Positions 29,317 to 38,586 of a DNA stretch of 55,672 nt are shown piece after piece. Position 1 is the first letter of the stretch, and every line of letters begins with the position of its first letter. The notes beneath the pieces were generated by a model. It ran no database searches. It was not told where the DNA came from and saw nothing but the letters and a program-made list of their open reading frames with translations. The translations under genes were made by a program, and so were the position numbers. This stretch comes from an uncultured Gammaproteobacteria bacterium (lineage in GTDB: Bacteria > Patescibacteriota > Patescibacteriia > Patescibacteriales > UBA12465): assembly GCA_964548885.1 (NCBI GenBank), contig CAZJSQ010000003.1:1-55672 (forward strand), given 5' to 3'.

Positions 29317-29733
29317 ATGGAGAACAAAAAAATATTTATCATTGAAGATGACGCCAATCTTCTTTATGGCTTGGAATCGCAGTTCGCCGCCGATGAATTT
29401 GAAGTGGCCACCGCGACCGGCGCCGAGGAGCTGGAAGAATTGATGGAAACGCTCCGAGATTTTGAGCCGGATTCCATTATTTTAGATTTAATTTTGCCGA
29501 AGATCGACGGTTTTGAGATTATTAAGAAATTAAAATCCGACGACGAACTCAACGACAAGCAAATTTTTATCTTTACCGATTTAAGCGATGAAGACAGCCG
29601 TCAGCGCAGTTTACAGTTGGGCGCCGATTATATTTTTTTCAAAGATGATTTTGATACTTTTGAATTTGCCGAAAAAGTTAAGCGGATCATCGCGGTGAAC
29701 AAGAAGAGCGTCGATCGCGACTATGAAGAATAG
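29317..29733 (+). CDS. Stand-alone response-regulator receiver (CheY-like) domain
   Basis: 138 aa. Acidic pocket IIEDD, phospho-acceptor context SIILDLILPKIDG, FIFTDLS (Thr/Ser position) and YIFFK (Lys position). There is no output domain, and no histidine kinase in the window. Confidence 0.85.
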   Translation: MENKKIFIIEDDANLLYGLESQFAADEFEVATATGAEELEELMETLRDFEPDSIILDLILPKIDGFEIIKKLKSDDELNDKQIFIFTDLSDEDSRQRSLQLGADYIFFKDDFDTFEFAEKVKRIIAVNKKSVDRDYEE

Positions 29734-29757
29734 AACAAATTTGATAATCTTGCCGGT

Positions 29758-29786
29758 TTGACTAATACCCTTTAAAATACTAAGAT
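29758..29786 (+). promoter_or_regulatory. Sigma-70-like promoter candidate upstream of the second mreB
   Basis: TTGACT, a 17-nt spacer, then TAAGAT. It lies 32 nt upstream of ATG 29818. Confidence 0.45.
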
Positions 29787-29817
29787 AGATTGGTATTAGT
29801 TTTTGTTAATTACCTCC

Positions 29818-30825
29818 ATGTTTATTAAAAGAATCGGGATTGATCTCGGTACAACCTATACTTTAATCCATCTGCCCAAGCGCGGTATTGTTATTAATGA
29901 ACCGAGCGTGGTGGCGGTTTCCGTTATCGATAAAAAAATCCTGGCGGTCGGAAACGAGGCCAAGGATATGATCGGCCGCACCCCGGATACGATTATCGCC
30001 GTTCGTCCCTTAAAAGACGGGGTAATCGCCGATTATCGGGCGACGGAAGCGATGATCCGTTATTTTATCAATAAGGCTTTGGGCGGTATCCGTCTTTTCC
30101 GTCCGGAAGTCATGGTGGCCGTGCCGGCGGGCATTTCTTCTACGGAACGCCGAGCGGTCATTGAAGCGACGATCGCCGCCGGCGCCAAAGCCGCTTATAT
30201 TATCAAGGAACCGGTCGCGGCCGCTATCGGCGCCGATATTCCCATCGGTTCGGCCACCGGTCATATGGTTATCGATATCGGCGGCGGGACGGCGGAAATG
30301 GCCGTTATCTCTTTAGGCGGCATCGTCGCCTCCACTTCCGTGCGCGTCGGCGGCAATAAATTCGACGCCGCGATTTTGGAATATATCCGCAAAAAATATA
30401 ATTTGGCCATCGGCGAGCGCACCGCCGAAGAAATAAAAATCAATATCGGTTCGGCTTTATATATGGAAGATAAATTATATTTGGAAATCCGCGGCCGCGA
30501 TATCGTCACCGGCTTGCCGCGCAGCTTGACCGTCTCCAGCGACGATGTGACGGAAGCGATTCAGAATGAATTAGAAATGATTATCGCCGCCGCCAAAAAA
30601 GTCTTGCAGAAAACTCCGCCGGAGCTGTCGGCCGATATCATGGATAAGGGAATAGTGCTTACCGGCGGCAGCGCTTTGCTTAGGAATATCGATCAATTAA
30701 TTACGCGGACGCTCGGCGTGGCCGCCTATGTCGCCGATGATGCCATGCTTTGCGTCGCCAAAGGCACCGGAATCGCTTTGGATAATTTAGATTCTTATAA
30801 ACGCAGTATCTTAGCCACGAAATAA
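29818..30825 (+). CDS. MreB paralogue (copy 2)
   Basis: GIDLGTTYT, DIGGGTAEMAVISLGG and LTGGSALLRNI are all intact. By eye it is roughly half identical to copy 1. The ORF opens at TTG 29803 and the first ATG is at 29818. Confidence 0.92.
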   Translation: MFIKRIGIDLGTTYTLIHLPKRGIVINEPSVVAVSVIDKKILAVGNEAKDMIGRTPDTIIAVRPLKDGVIADYRATEAMIRYFINKALGGIRLFRPEVMVAVPAGISSTERRAVIEATIAAGAKAAYIIKEPVAAAIGADIPIGSATGHMVIDIGGGTAEMAVISLGGIVASTSVRVGGNKFDAAILEYIRKKYNLAIGERTAEEIKINIGSALYMEDKLYLEIRGRDIVTGLPRSLTVSSDDVTEAIQNELEMIIAAAKKVLQKTPPELSADIMDKGIVLTGGSALLRNIDQLITRTLGVAAYVADDAMLCVAKGTGIALDNLDSYKRSILATK

Positions 30826-30904
30826 TTAGCGAGCCGGAAGGTTGGCTAATTTTTTTATTTTCCGCCGGCCGCCTCCGCTAACCGGCAAAGGCGAAATAAA
30901 CATT

Positions 30905-32119
30905 ATGATAATCGGTATTGACGCTTCACGCGCTAATCTGCTCCACAAGACCGGCACCGAATGGTACTCTTTTTATTTGATTAAAAATTTGGCGGCCATA
31001 GATAAGACCAATACTTATTGGCTTTATATTAATAAGCCGGCGCGCTCGGAGCTGATTGAAGCGGTTAACGATAATCCGAATTTTTCTTTCAAGTTTCTCA
31101 AATGGCCGTTTTTTTCTTTTTGGACTTTAGGCCGATTGACCTTAGAAATGTTGTGGTGTCGTCCGGACGTTTTATTCGTTCCGGCCCATACTCTGCCGCT
31201 ATTTAGTCCGCGCCGCACCCTTAATACTATCCATGATATCGCTTTTGTCCGCGCCCATAATCTTTATCGGGCGGTGGAGGCGAAGACCGGTTCGGCCGGG
31301 ATGCGCCGTCTGATTAATTTTTTCGTAAAGCTCTTGACCTTAGGACGCTATCGCAGCGATTCCGTGGATTATCTTTATTGGTCGACCGCTTTCGCCCTGC
31401 GTCACGCCCGGAAGATTATCGCCGTTTCCGAATTTACCAAACAGGACATTTTAAATCTTTATCCCAAGACTCCGGCCGATAAGGTCGCGGTTATTCATAA
31501 TGGCTATAATAATGAACTATACCGCCGCCTCCCGGCAACTCCGGAAAAGACCGCGGCCGTGCTGGATAAATACGCTCTGGAAGCGCCATATTTTTTGTAT
31601 GTCGGACGCCTGGAAAAGAAAAAGAATATTTCCGCTTTAGTGGAGGCTTTCGCTTCTTTAAGAGAAAACCATCCGGAAATAAAAGCGAAATTAGTCTTGA
31701 TTGGCGACGCCGGTTTCGGCTATGACGAGATAAGATATACTATCGAAGAATTTAATCTTAACCGTAAGGTTATCATGCCCGGCTGGGTCGCCGAAGAAGA
31801 TATGCCTTATATAATGAACGCGGCCGCCGCCTTTATTTTTCCGTCCAAACATGAGGGCTTTGGCATTCCGGTTTTGCAGGCTTTAGCCTGCGGTATTCCG
31901 ACCGCCGTTTCCGATTTGTCGGTTTTAAGGGAAGTTGCCGGCGACGCCGTCCTTTATTTTAATCAGAACGACACCCATTTACTGGCGGAGGCGATGAAAA
32001 AGATATTGACTGATGAAGATTTAAGAAAAACCCTGGTGATTAAAGGCCTTGAGAGGGTTAAAAAATTCAGTTGGCGCAAGTGCGCGGAAGAAACTTTAGC
32101 TCTGATCGAGAATCTGTAA
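30905..32119 (+). CDS. Family 4 (GT-B) glycosyltransferase
   Basis: C-terminal EGFGIPVLQALACGIPTAVSD (EX7E region). The ORF opens at TTG 30842 and ATG 30905 gives the usual MIIGIDAS start. Confidence 0.85.
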   Translation: MIIGIDASRANLLHKTGTEWYSFYLIKNLAAIDKTNTYWLYINKPARSELIEAVNDNPNFSFKFLKWPFFSFWTLGRLTLEMLWCRPDVLFVPAHTLPLFSPRRTLNTIHDIAFVRAHNLYRAVEAKTGSAGMRRLINFFVKLLTLGRYRSDSVDYLYWSTAFALRHARKIIAVSEFTKQDILNLYPKTPADKVAVIHNGYNNELYRRLPATPEKTAAVLDKYALEAPYFLYVGRLEKKKNISALVEAFASLRENHPEIKAKLVLIGDAGFGYDEIRYTIEEFNLNRKVIMPGWVAEEDMPYIMNAAAAFIFPSKHEGFGIPVLQALACGIPTAVSDLSVLREVAGDAVLYFNQNDTHLLAEAMKKILTDEDLRKTLVIKGLERVKKFSWRKCAEETLALIENL

Positions 32120-32154
32120 ATAATAATTTAAATATGCTAGTATTAAGGTGTTAT

Positions 32155-34185
32155 ATGAGAAAACTGATAACATCTTTTTTTATTCTTTCGTTATTTTTCG
32201 CGGAGCCTGTTTTGGCTAATATTACGCCGAACGATTTTTATTATGGCAATCAATGGTACCTGTCTAAAATCAAGGCTGACAGCGCCTGGGATAAGATCTC
32301 CGGCAGCCCGGATATGGTTATCGCGGTGATTGATTCCGGAATCCAGATAAATCATCCCGACTTAAAAAATAATATTTGGAAAAATGCTCGGGAAATTCCC
32401 AATAATAATATTGATGATGACCGGAACGGCTTTATTGACGATGTTAGCGGCTGGGATTTCGTGAGTAATACTCCGGATCCGTCGCCGAAATTTACGGCCG
32501 GTTGGACCGAAGCCGGAGTTTCCCACGGCACCATGGTCGCGGGGGTTATCGCCGCGAGCGGAAATAATAATGAAGGTGTCGCCGGCGTTACTTGGCAGGC
32601 GCGGATAATGGCCCTGAAAGTCCTGGATGATAAGGGGGAGGGAAGATTAAGTAATGTCATCAGGGCGATCGATTACGCGACGAATAACGGCGCGGATATA
32701 ATTAATCTAAGTTTCGTTTCTTTCAATTATAGCGAGGGAATGCAAGAAGCGATCCGACGCGCGCATAAGGCCGGAATCATGATCGTGGCCGCCGCCGGCA
32801 ACGAACAAACGGGCGGCGTCGGTTATGATATCGCCAAAACGCCCATTTATCCGGCTTGTTATGACGGCGAGCTTATCGGCGAAAATATGGTTATCGGCGT
32901 GGCCGCGACGGACGCGCTTGATCAGAAAGCGAAATTTTCCAGTTATGGATCGCGTTGCGTCGATTTGGTCGCTCCGGGCATAAGCTTTTTTAGCGCCGTG
33001 ACCGCCGGTAGCGTGCCCGATTATCCGGATAAGATTTATGACGGCTATTGGTCGGGCACTTCCATGGCCGCGCCCCAAGTGGCGGCGACCTTGGCTCTCA
33101 TCGCCCAAGCCAATCCGGAATTAAGCCGTAGGGAAATCGTTAATATCTTATTCGCTTCCACCGATAATATCAGCCGGCTCAATCCCGATTATCCCGGTCA
33201 GCTCGGTAACGGGCGCTTAAATGTCAATCGGGCGGTAGAAATGGCTAAGGAAAAATTATATAGCCGCGTCGGGCGCTTGGTCGTCTTGCCGCAAAGCGCC
33301 GTTAAAAATAAATCGGCGAAATTAACCGCCGCCACCGGAGAATCAGTGGGTAACTTGTCTTTGGACCTTAAGGGCGGAGAAAGCGTCGCTGTCGGAGACA
33401 TCAACGGCGACGGTAATCAAGAAATTGTTGTCGGATCCGGAGCGAAGGCCGAGCCGCAAATCATGATTTATAACGCGGCGGGCAAGCTGATTAAGAAACT
33501 CCTGGTTTTTGATAAATCTTTTCGCGGCGGCGTGAGCGTCGCTCTGATAGATACTGACGGCGACGAACAGATGGAAATCGCCGTGGCGCAAGCGGCCGGC
33601 GGTACCGGACAAATTAAAATTTTTAATTTTGACGGCCAATTAAAAACGCAATTTTTAGTGGACAGTAAATATTGGCGCGGCGGGCTTAATTTGGCGGCCG
33701 GTGATATTGACGGTAACGGTAATCAGGAAATAGTCGCCGCTTTTGGCGCCGGAACCGAACCGCAAGTCCGGATTTTTGACGCGAGCGGCCAAGTCGTCGG
33801 TATCTTCTTGGCTTATGAAAAAGAATTCCGCGGCGGCGTCAAGGTGGCGGTCGCGAATCTTAACGGCCGAAAAAATCATAATCAGGCGGACATCATCACG
33901 GCGCCGGGCAAGGGTCGCGATCCGCAAATTAAGATTTTTAATAATCGGGCTGTCTTAGCGCGCCAGTTCTTAGCTTATGGCCGTAATTGGCAAGGCGGAG
34001 TAAATCTGGCCGCCGGCGACCTTGATAATGACGGCTTACCGGAAATAGCGACCGCCGCTCAAGCGGGCGCCGCGCCGCATGTCCGCGTTTTTGACGGTCG
34101 GGGCGAGTTGATGGAATCATTTTACGCTTGGGAAGAAAACTGGAACGGCGGCGTAAATATTGGTATAATAAAAATTGGCAATTAA
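32155..34185 (+). CDS. Secreted subtilisin-like (S8) serine protease fused to FG-GAP/integrin-like repeats
   Basis: Signal peptide MRKLITSFFILSLFFAEPVLA. Catalytic residues in AVIDSGI (Asp), HGTMVAGVIAA (His), AAGN (oxyanion Asn) and GTSMAAPQVAA (Ser). The C-terminal ~270 aa hold five to six ~55-aa repeats with GDI(N/D)GDGNQEI loops and PQ(I/V)(K/R)IF(N/D) strands. AAGGTG lies 4 nt upstream of ATG 32155. Confidence 0.88.
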   Translation: MRKLITSFFILSLFFAEPVLANITPNDFYYGNQWYLSKIKADSAWDKISGSPDMVIAVIDSGIQINHPDLKNNIWKNAREIPNNNIDDDRNGFIDDVSGWDFVSNTPDPSPKFTAGWTEAGVSHGTMVAGVIAASGNNNEGVAGVTWQARIMALKVLDDKGEGRLSNVIRAIDYATNNGADIINLSFVSFNYSEGMQEAIRRAHKAGIMIVAAAGNEQTGGVGYDIAKTPIYPACYDGELIGENMVIGVAATDALDQKAKFSSYGSRCVDLVAPGISFFSAVTAGSVPDYPDKIYDGYWSGTSMAAPQVAATLALIAQANPELSRREIVNILFASTDNISRLNPDYPGQLGNGRLNVNRAVEMAKEKLYSRVGRLVVLPQSAVKNKSAKLTAATGESVGNLSLDLKGGESVAVGDINGDGNQEIVVGSGAKAEPQIMIYNAAGKLIKKLLVFDKSFRGGVSVALIDTDGDEQMEIAVAQAAGGTGQIKIFNFDGQLKTQFLVDSKYWRGGLNLAAGDIDGNGNQEIVAAFGAGTEPQVRIFDASGQVVGIFLAYEKEFRGGVKVAVANLNGRKNHNQADIITAPGKGRDPQIKIFNNRAVLARQFLAYGRNWQGGVNLAAGDLDNDGLPEIATAAQAGAAPHVRVFDGRGELMESFYAWEENWNGGVNIGIIKIGN

Positions 34186-34216
34186 TAGTCCTAATTAATT
34201 CACGCATATCTCTCAT

Positions 34217-35239
34217 ATGTCCAAACAAGTCATTTTTGACAAGAAGAATATCCTCGTCGCCGGCGGCGCCGGCTTTATCGGTTCGCATCTTTGCGATGAA
34301 CTGGTCAAAAACAACAAGGTCATCTGCGTGGATAATTTTATCACCGGCAGCGAGCGCAATATCGATCATCTGCTCGCCAATCCTGACTTTATTTTCATCA
34401 ATCATGATTTATCCAAGCCTTTGGATCTGGAAGCGATTCCGGAATTGAAGAAATTCAAGGTGGAATTTCAGGGTTTGCAGGAAATCTATAACTTAGCCTG
34501 TCCGATGTCGCCGCGCCGTTTTTTGGAAAACCGCTTAGCGACGCTTCTGGCCAATTCTTACGTGGTCAAGAATCTTTTAGATTTGGCTGTTAAATACAGC
34601 TCTAAATTTTTACAGTTTTCTTCGTCCGTCGTTTATGGACCGCGCCAAGCGGATAATCCCGGTTTGAAAGTGAAGGAAAGCGATTGGGGCATGGCGGACC
34701 AATTATCCGAGCGCAGTTCCTATGATGAAGGCAAACGCTTCGCGGAAACTATCGTCAGCAATTATCGCTCCCTTTATAACGTGGACGCGCGCATTTTGCG
34801 CCTCTTCCGCGTTTACGGTCCGCGCATGGAGGCGAATGACGATCAGATGATTCCCGATTTCATCAAAGACGCTTTGGATAATAAAGACATCACCATCAGC
34901 GGCGACAAAACTTTTTCTTCTTCCTTCTGTTATATAGACGATATTTTAGACGCGACAGACAAGTTCATGAATTCCGAGATTCCGGGCCCGATAAATATCG
35001 GTTCGGATGTGGATATTAATCTGACTGATCTGGTGAAGACGATAATTTTCTTGACTAAGTCCCAGTCCCAGATCAATTATGTCCCCAATAAGTTATTCCT
35101 AAGCGAATTAGTCTTGCCGGATATTCGTCTGGCGCGCAACGAACTGGGCTGGATGCCGGTCGTGACGCTGGAGAACGGCCTGAAGAAGACTATTTTTGAT
35201 GTTGAAGCCAATAAGCGTTTGCAAGGATTCGGCAGTTGA
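34217..35239 (+). CDS. UDP-glucuronate decarboxylase-like SDR (UDP-xylose synthase family)
   Basis: ILVAGGAGFIGSHLCDELV, VDNFITGSERNIDHL and SSYDEGKRFAET (the UXS-type YDEGKR catalytic motif). Confidence 0.8.
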   Translation: MSKQVIFDKKNILVAGGAGFIGSHLCDELVKNNKVICVDNFITGSERNIDHLLANPDFIFINHDLSKPLDLEAIPELKKFKVEFQGLQEIYNLACPMSPRRFLENRLATLLANSYVVKNLLDLAVKYSSKFLQFSSSVVYGPRQADNPGLKVKESDWGMADQLSERSSYDEGKRFAETIVSNYRSLYNVDARILRLFRVYGPRMEANDDQMIPDFIKDALDNKDITISGDKTFSSSFCYIDDILDATDKFMNSEIPGPINIGSDVDINLTDLVKTIIFLTKSQSQINYVPNKLFLSELVLPDIRLARNELGWMPVVTLENGLKKTIFDVEANKRLQGFGS

Positions 35240-35245
35240 TCGAAT

Positions 35246-35273
35246 AAAAAGACCGGTTAGGCGCCGGTCTTTT
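35246..35273. terminator. Bidirectional intrinsic terminator between convergent genes
   Basis: AAAAA-GACCGG-ttaggcg-CCGGTC-TTTT. The loop contains the stop codon of the minus-strand GT4 gene, and the 3-prime arm encodes its last residues. Confidence 0.65.
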
Positions 35274-36333
35274 CAGTCATTAGTAGTATTTTTTTTATCA
35301 AATCATTCTCATCTCCGGGAGCGAATAATCGGTCGTCCGCTTTCATCAATTCCGGAATACCGCCAAGGCGGCTGGCGATAACCGGCAGGCCGGCGGCGTG
35401 GGCGCCATAAATGGTCGTCGGTGAATTTTCATAACATAAGGAGGGAACAATCAGGCAATCGCTCGCCGTTTTTACTTTTTCCGTTTCTTCATAGGAAAGC
35501 GGTCCTAAGAATTTTATGCGCGCGTCAATGCTGGCGGCCGCGCGCGCTTTTTCCAGGCTGTCGCCGCCACCGCGAATGGCGACAGTTAAAGTCAATTCCG
35601 GCCGTTTTATTTTTTTGAAAGCGCTTAAAGCCAGAAATATTCCTTTTTGTTCCTCGATTTGGCCAATGAAAAGGAAGTTTTTAGCCGGACCGGTTTTATT
35701 CGGGAGCGAAGCGTCCGCTCCCGGCCAAACAAAAGGCCGGACTTCATGCTCGGAATCCTTGAAAAAGCCGCGCTGTTTATGCATTTCCAGGAGCCAATCG
35801 GACGGCGAGGTTACTTTAATCGGGGAGGCGAAGAGGGCGCGGGTTAAGGCCTGATATATTTTAGCCGCCGGGTTATTGATTTTTCCTTCCCGTCCGAAAA
35901 TTATCAGTCCCGAGGGATGAATAAGTTGGACGTCGTGCAAGAAATGTTCGTGGCGGATCTTAAGCCGCTTTAAAACGGATGGAATCATGAACCCCAAACC
36001 CATCAAGTTGTGCGTGATGATTAAATCCGGTTTTTCCAGTTCCAGAATTTTTTTTATTTTGGCCGCTTTCTGAAAAGAAAAAATATTGCCGATTTGCCAG
36101 AGAGCGCGATAAAGTCGGGAATGCTTATTCAGATTATAGAATTCGGAGTTTATATAATAGATTTTGGCGTCTCCGTTCATTATTTCGACTTCCTGGCCAC
36201 TTTTAGGCCGTGTCGTAATCATAAAAACTTGCCGGCCGTCCGCCCGGAGATTATCCGCCATAATATTTACGGCCGTTTCCGCGCCGCCGCGGCTGTATTC
36301 TCCGGATAGATTGTGCAGCAAGCCTATTTTCAT
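35257..36333 (-). CDS. Family 4 (GT-B) glycosyltransferase
   Basis: MKIGLL start with GGAETAV, and C-terminal CYENSPTTIYGAHAAGLPVIASRLGGIPEL. Confidence 0.8.
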   Translation of the reverse strand: MKIGLLHNLSGEYSRGGAETAVNIMADNLRADGRQVFMITTRPKSGQEVEIMNGDAKIYYINSEFYNLNKHSRLYRALWQIGNIFSFQKAAKIKKILELEKPDLIITHNLMGLGFMIPSVLKRLKIRHEHFLHDVQLIHPSGLIIFGREGKINNPAAKIYQALTRALFASPIKVTSPSDWLLEMHKQRGFFKDSEHEVRPFVWPGADASLPNKTGPAKNFLFIGQIEEQKGIFLALSAFKKIKRPELTLTVAIRGGGDSLEKARAAASIDARIKFLGPLSYEETEKVKTASDCLIVPSLCYENSPTTIYGAHAAGLPVIASRLGGIPELMKADDRLFAPGDENDLIKKILLMTEKTGA

Positions 36334-36363
36334 AAATGTTTTTAGAACTTTAATCGCTTATTT

Positions 36364-37491
36364 TTATTTAAACAACGCCTTCAGTTTAGCCCCCATCATT
36401 TCCTCGCCATATTTAGCTTCGACTAGGATTCTCGCCCGTTGCGCCATTTTTTCCGGCAACCCCTTTTCACTCATAAATAAACTTAGCTTTTTTCCTAAAT
36501 CAGAAACGCTGCCCGGTTCGACCAGCAATCCTTCTTCACGGTCAGTAAAGACGCGACGGACACCGGGTAAGTCTGACGCCATTACCGGCACGCCGCAAGC
36601 CAAGGCTTCTATCAAGACGATGCCGAAAGCTTCATTGCTGTTAATCGACGGCAGAATCAATAAATCAGCTTTTTGAAAAACGCGGATAAGGTCCGAGCCG
36701 CTTAATTTACCGGCAAACTTAATTTTTTTTTCTAACCCGAGACGAAGCGCCAGCGCTTCATATTCCGGCCGCCTATCGCCGTCGCCCACTAGCGTCAATT
36801 CAAAATTAAAATTATTTAATCCCGCGGCCGCGCGCAGTAATATCTCCACGCCTTTAAAATAATGGGCCGCGTCCAGTCCGCCGACAAATAATAAATTAAA
36901 GCGGTCTTTTTTGATGAAGTTCGCGCTGATAAAATTAACGATCGCTCTGGCCTGGGCGAGCAAAGGATTCTTAGCCGGCCGTTTCAGCTCACTCGGGCGG
37001 AATTCTTTTAAGTCCACCGCGAAGGGGATTTCCCGGAATTTTTCGGGGTGGGCCGCGTAATAATTTTTTATTCGGCTCTGACGCACATAATCCAGGCTGG
37101 CCGTAACGATTATTTCCGCCCGTTTCAGCAAGGACGCTCGGACCAGGCGGCTCGGCCAGCTTAGTATTTTAGCCAACGGGTTCAGACCGCCGACATCCAT
37201 ATGATAATGGATTATCAATTTCGGCCTCTGATTGAATATTTTAAAAAGCCAAACGATTTCCGCCGTGCCGAAATACGGATAATGAAGATAAATATAATCA
37301 AATGATTTCAAGCGCCATAAGAGAGATCCTAAAACAGAACCGTGGCCGTATTTTAGCCACGGTTTCAGATGGGACGGCGTAAAATCCACGACCTCGTGTT
37401 CGGATTTTAATATTCGGCTGATCCGACTGGCGCTGTTGGCGATACCGGCGGCATAGGGCGGCCAGGCGCAAACTATGGAAGCGATTTTCAT
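36364..37491 (-). CDS. Family 4 (GT-B) glycosyltransferase
   Basis: C-terminal NSNEAFGIVLIEALACGVPVMASDLPGV (EX7E region) and LLFVGGLD in the linker region. Confidence 0.85.
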   Translation of the reverse strand: MKIASIVCAWPPYAAGIANSASRISRILKSEHEVVDFTPSHLKPWLKYGHGSVLGSLLWRLKSFDYIYLHYPYFGTAEIVWLFKIFNQRPKLIIHYHMDVGGLNPLAKILSWPSRLVRASLLKRAEIIVTASLDYVRQSRIKNYYAAHPEKFREIPFAVDLKEFRPSELKRPAKNPLLAQARAIVNFISANFIKKDRFNLLFVGGLDAAHYFKGVEILLRAAAGLNNFNFELTLVGDGDRRPEYEALALRLGLEKKIKFAGKLSGSDLIRVFQKADLLILPSINSNEAFGIVLIEALACGVPVMASDLPGVRRVFTDREEGLLVEPGSVSDLGKKLSLFMSEKGLPEKMAQRARILVEAKYGEEMMGAKLKALFK

Positions 37492-37494
37492 GTT

Positions 37495-37815
37495 TTATTT
37501 CTTTAAGGTTATTTGGCGGACGATTTCCGTAAGATTCCTGTCCATTTTCGCGTGATCCAACTGAAGCCGGAAGATAAGATAGAATAAGGCCAAAACCGCG
37601 ATATAAATCAAAAAATTGATGCCGGTGCCGGAAAAACCGAGCCAGGCGACCAGGCGGTCAATTTGTTTGATAAAGATGATGGCGGCCGCGGCGACCAGCC
37701 AGAAAGCGAGCCATAAAGAAAATTCATTGTTACTGATAATTTTTTTCTTTTTTTGCGCGCTGAGGCGGAAAACGAAAAAGATGATTATGACGATGGCGAT
37801 TATCTGCTGCAGCAT
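37495..37815 (-). CDS. Small three-TM membrane protein (DUF2304-like by size, topology and GT2 adjacency)
   Basis: 106 aa with three hydrophobic segments. It lies 3 nt upstream of the next GT4 gene. The family assignment comes from my recollection of the GT2/DUF2304 pairing and is not verified. Confidence 0.5.
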   Translation of the reverse strand: MLQQIIAIVIIIFFVFRLSAQKKKKIISNNEFSLWLAFWLVAAAAIIFIKQIDRLVAWLGFSGTGINFLIYIAVLALFYLIFRLQLDHAKMDRNLTEIVRQITLKK

Positions 37816-37831
37816 AGATTTATTTTTGTTG

Positions 37832-37931
37832 ATTTATTTATTTTATTGATTTACCGGATTTTTTAATTTATTTATTTTATTTAACTCATTCATTCTATTG
37901 TTTATCCGATTTTTAGCTTATTTATTTTATT
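37832..37931. repeat. Three dispersed copies of an AT-rich motif TTATTTATTTTATT in the 106-bp spacer
   Basis: An identical 16-mer ATTTATTTATTTTATT occurs at 37832-37847 and 37866-37881. A 14-mer core occurs again at 37918-37931, overlapping the GT2 stop codon. Confidence 0.5.
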
Positions 37932-38584
37932 ATTTTGTGAATCAATAAGTCTCTTATGACTTTGAGGCCGCCGGCCAGTTTTTGGCCAAAATGATGATAG
38001 ACGACGGTAATCGGCACTTCCGCTATCCGCAGTTTTTCTCGGAAAGCTTCTATTTGGATTTCGCTGTTATGAGCCATTTCCCGGTTATTTATTCTGATCC
38101 GTCGGGCGGCCGTTTGACTAAGCGCCCGGAAACCGTTTTGCGGATCGCTTAACTTTATTCCGAGAATCACGCGCGTAAAGGTTCGCGCGAGCGGCATGAT
38201 CAGATATTTTTTAAACGCCGGCAAATTAGATTTTTTCCCTAAGAAACGGGAACCGAAAACAATATCGGCGCGCCCCGCCAGTATCGGCGCGACCATATCT
38301 TTTATTTCGCTCGCCAAGAATTGGTCGTCGGCGTCAAAATGGACAATGATATCGGCCTGATGCTCCAAGGCGTAATCATTACCGGTCTGCAGAGCCGCGC
38401 CTTGTCCGCGGTTGAGCGGATGGCGGAAAACTATCGCGCCCGCCTGTTTCGCCAACTCGGAAGTATTATCCCGGGAACAATCATCGACGACCACCACCTC
38501 ATCGACAAAGGGACGGACGCCGGAAACGACAAGTGAAATATTTTTAGCTTCATTATAAGCGGGGATGACGCAGGTTATTTTCAT
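37922..38584 (-). CDS. Family 2 glycosyltransferase, polyprenyl-phosphate sugar synthase type (DPM1/GtrB-like)
   Basis: 220 aa. ITCVIPAYNEAKNI, VVVDDCSRDNT and HFDADDQ (DxD). The short soluble GT-A type is typical of lipid-carrier glycosyl loading enzymes. Confidence 0.85.
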   Translation of the reverse strand: MKITCVIPAYNEAKNISLVVSGVRPFVDEVVVVDDCSRDNTSELAKQAGAIVFRHPLNRGQGAALQTGNDYALEHQADIIVHFDADDQFLASEIKDMVAPILAGRADIVFGSRFLGKKSNLPAFKKYLIMPLARTFTRVILGIKLSDPQNGFRALSQTAARRIRINNREMAHNSEIQIEAFREKLRIAEVPITVVYHHFGQKLAGGLKVIRDLLIHKIIK

Positions 38585-38586
38585 AT

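Noticed and set aside
33938-34405. 155-aa minus-strand ORF spanning the end of the S8 protease gene and the start of the UXS-like gene.
   Set aside because: It crosses two strongly supported plus-strand genes and their spacer, and has no recognisable domain.
36164-36676. 170-aa plus-strand ORF spanning the junction of the two minus-strand GT4 genes.
   Set aside because: The minus-strand genes carry clear GT4 motifs. The plus-strand product is low-complexity (Ser/Pro/Ile-rich) with no motif.
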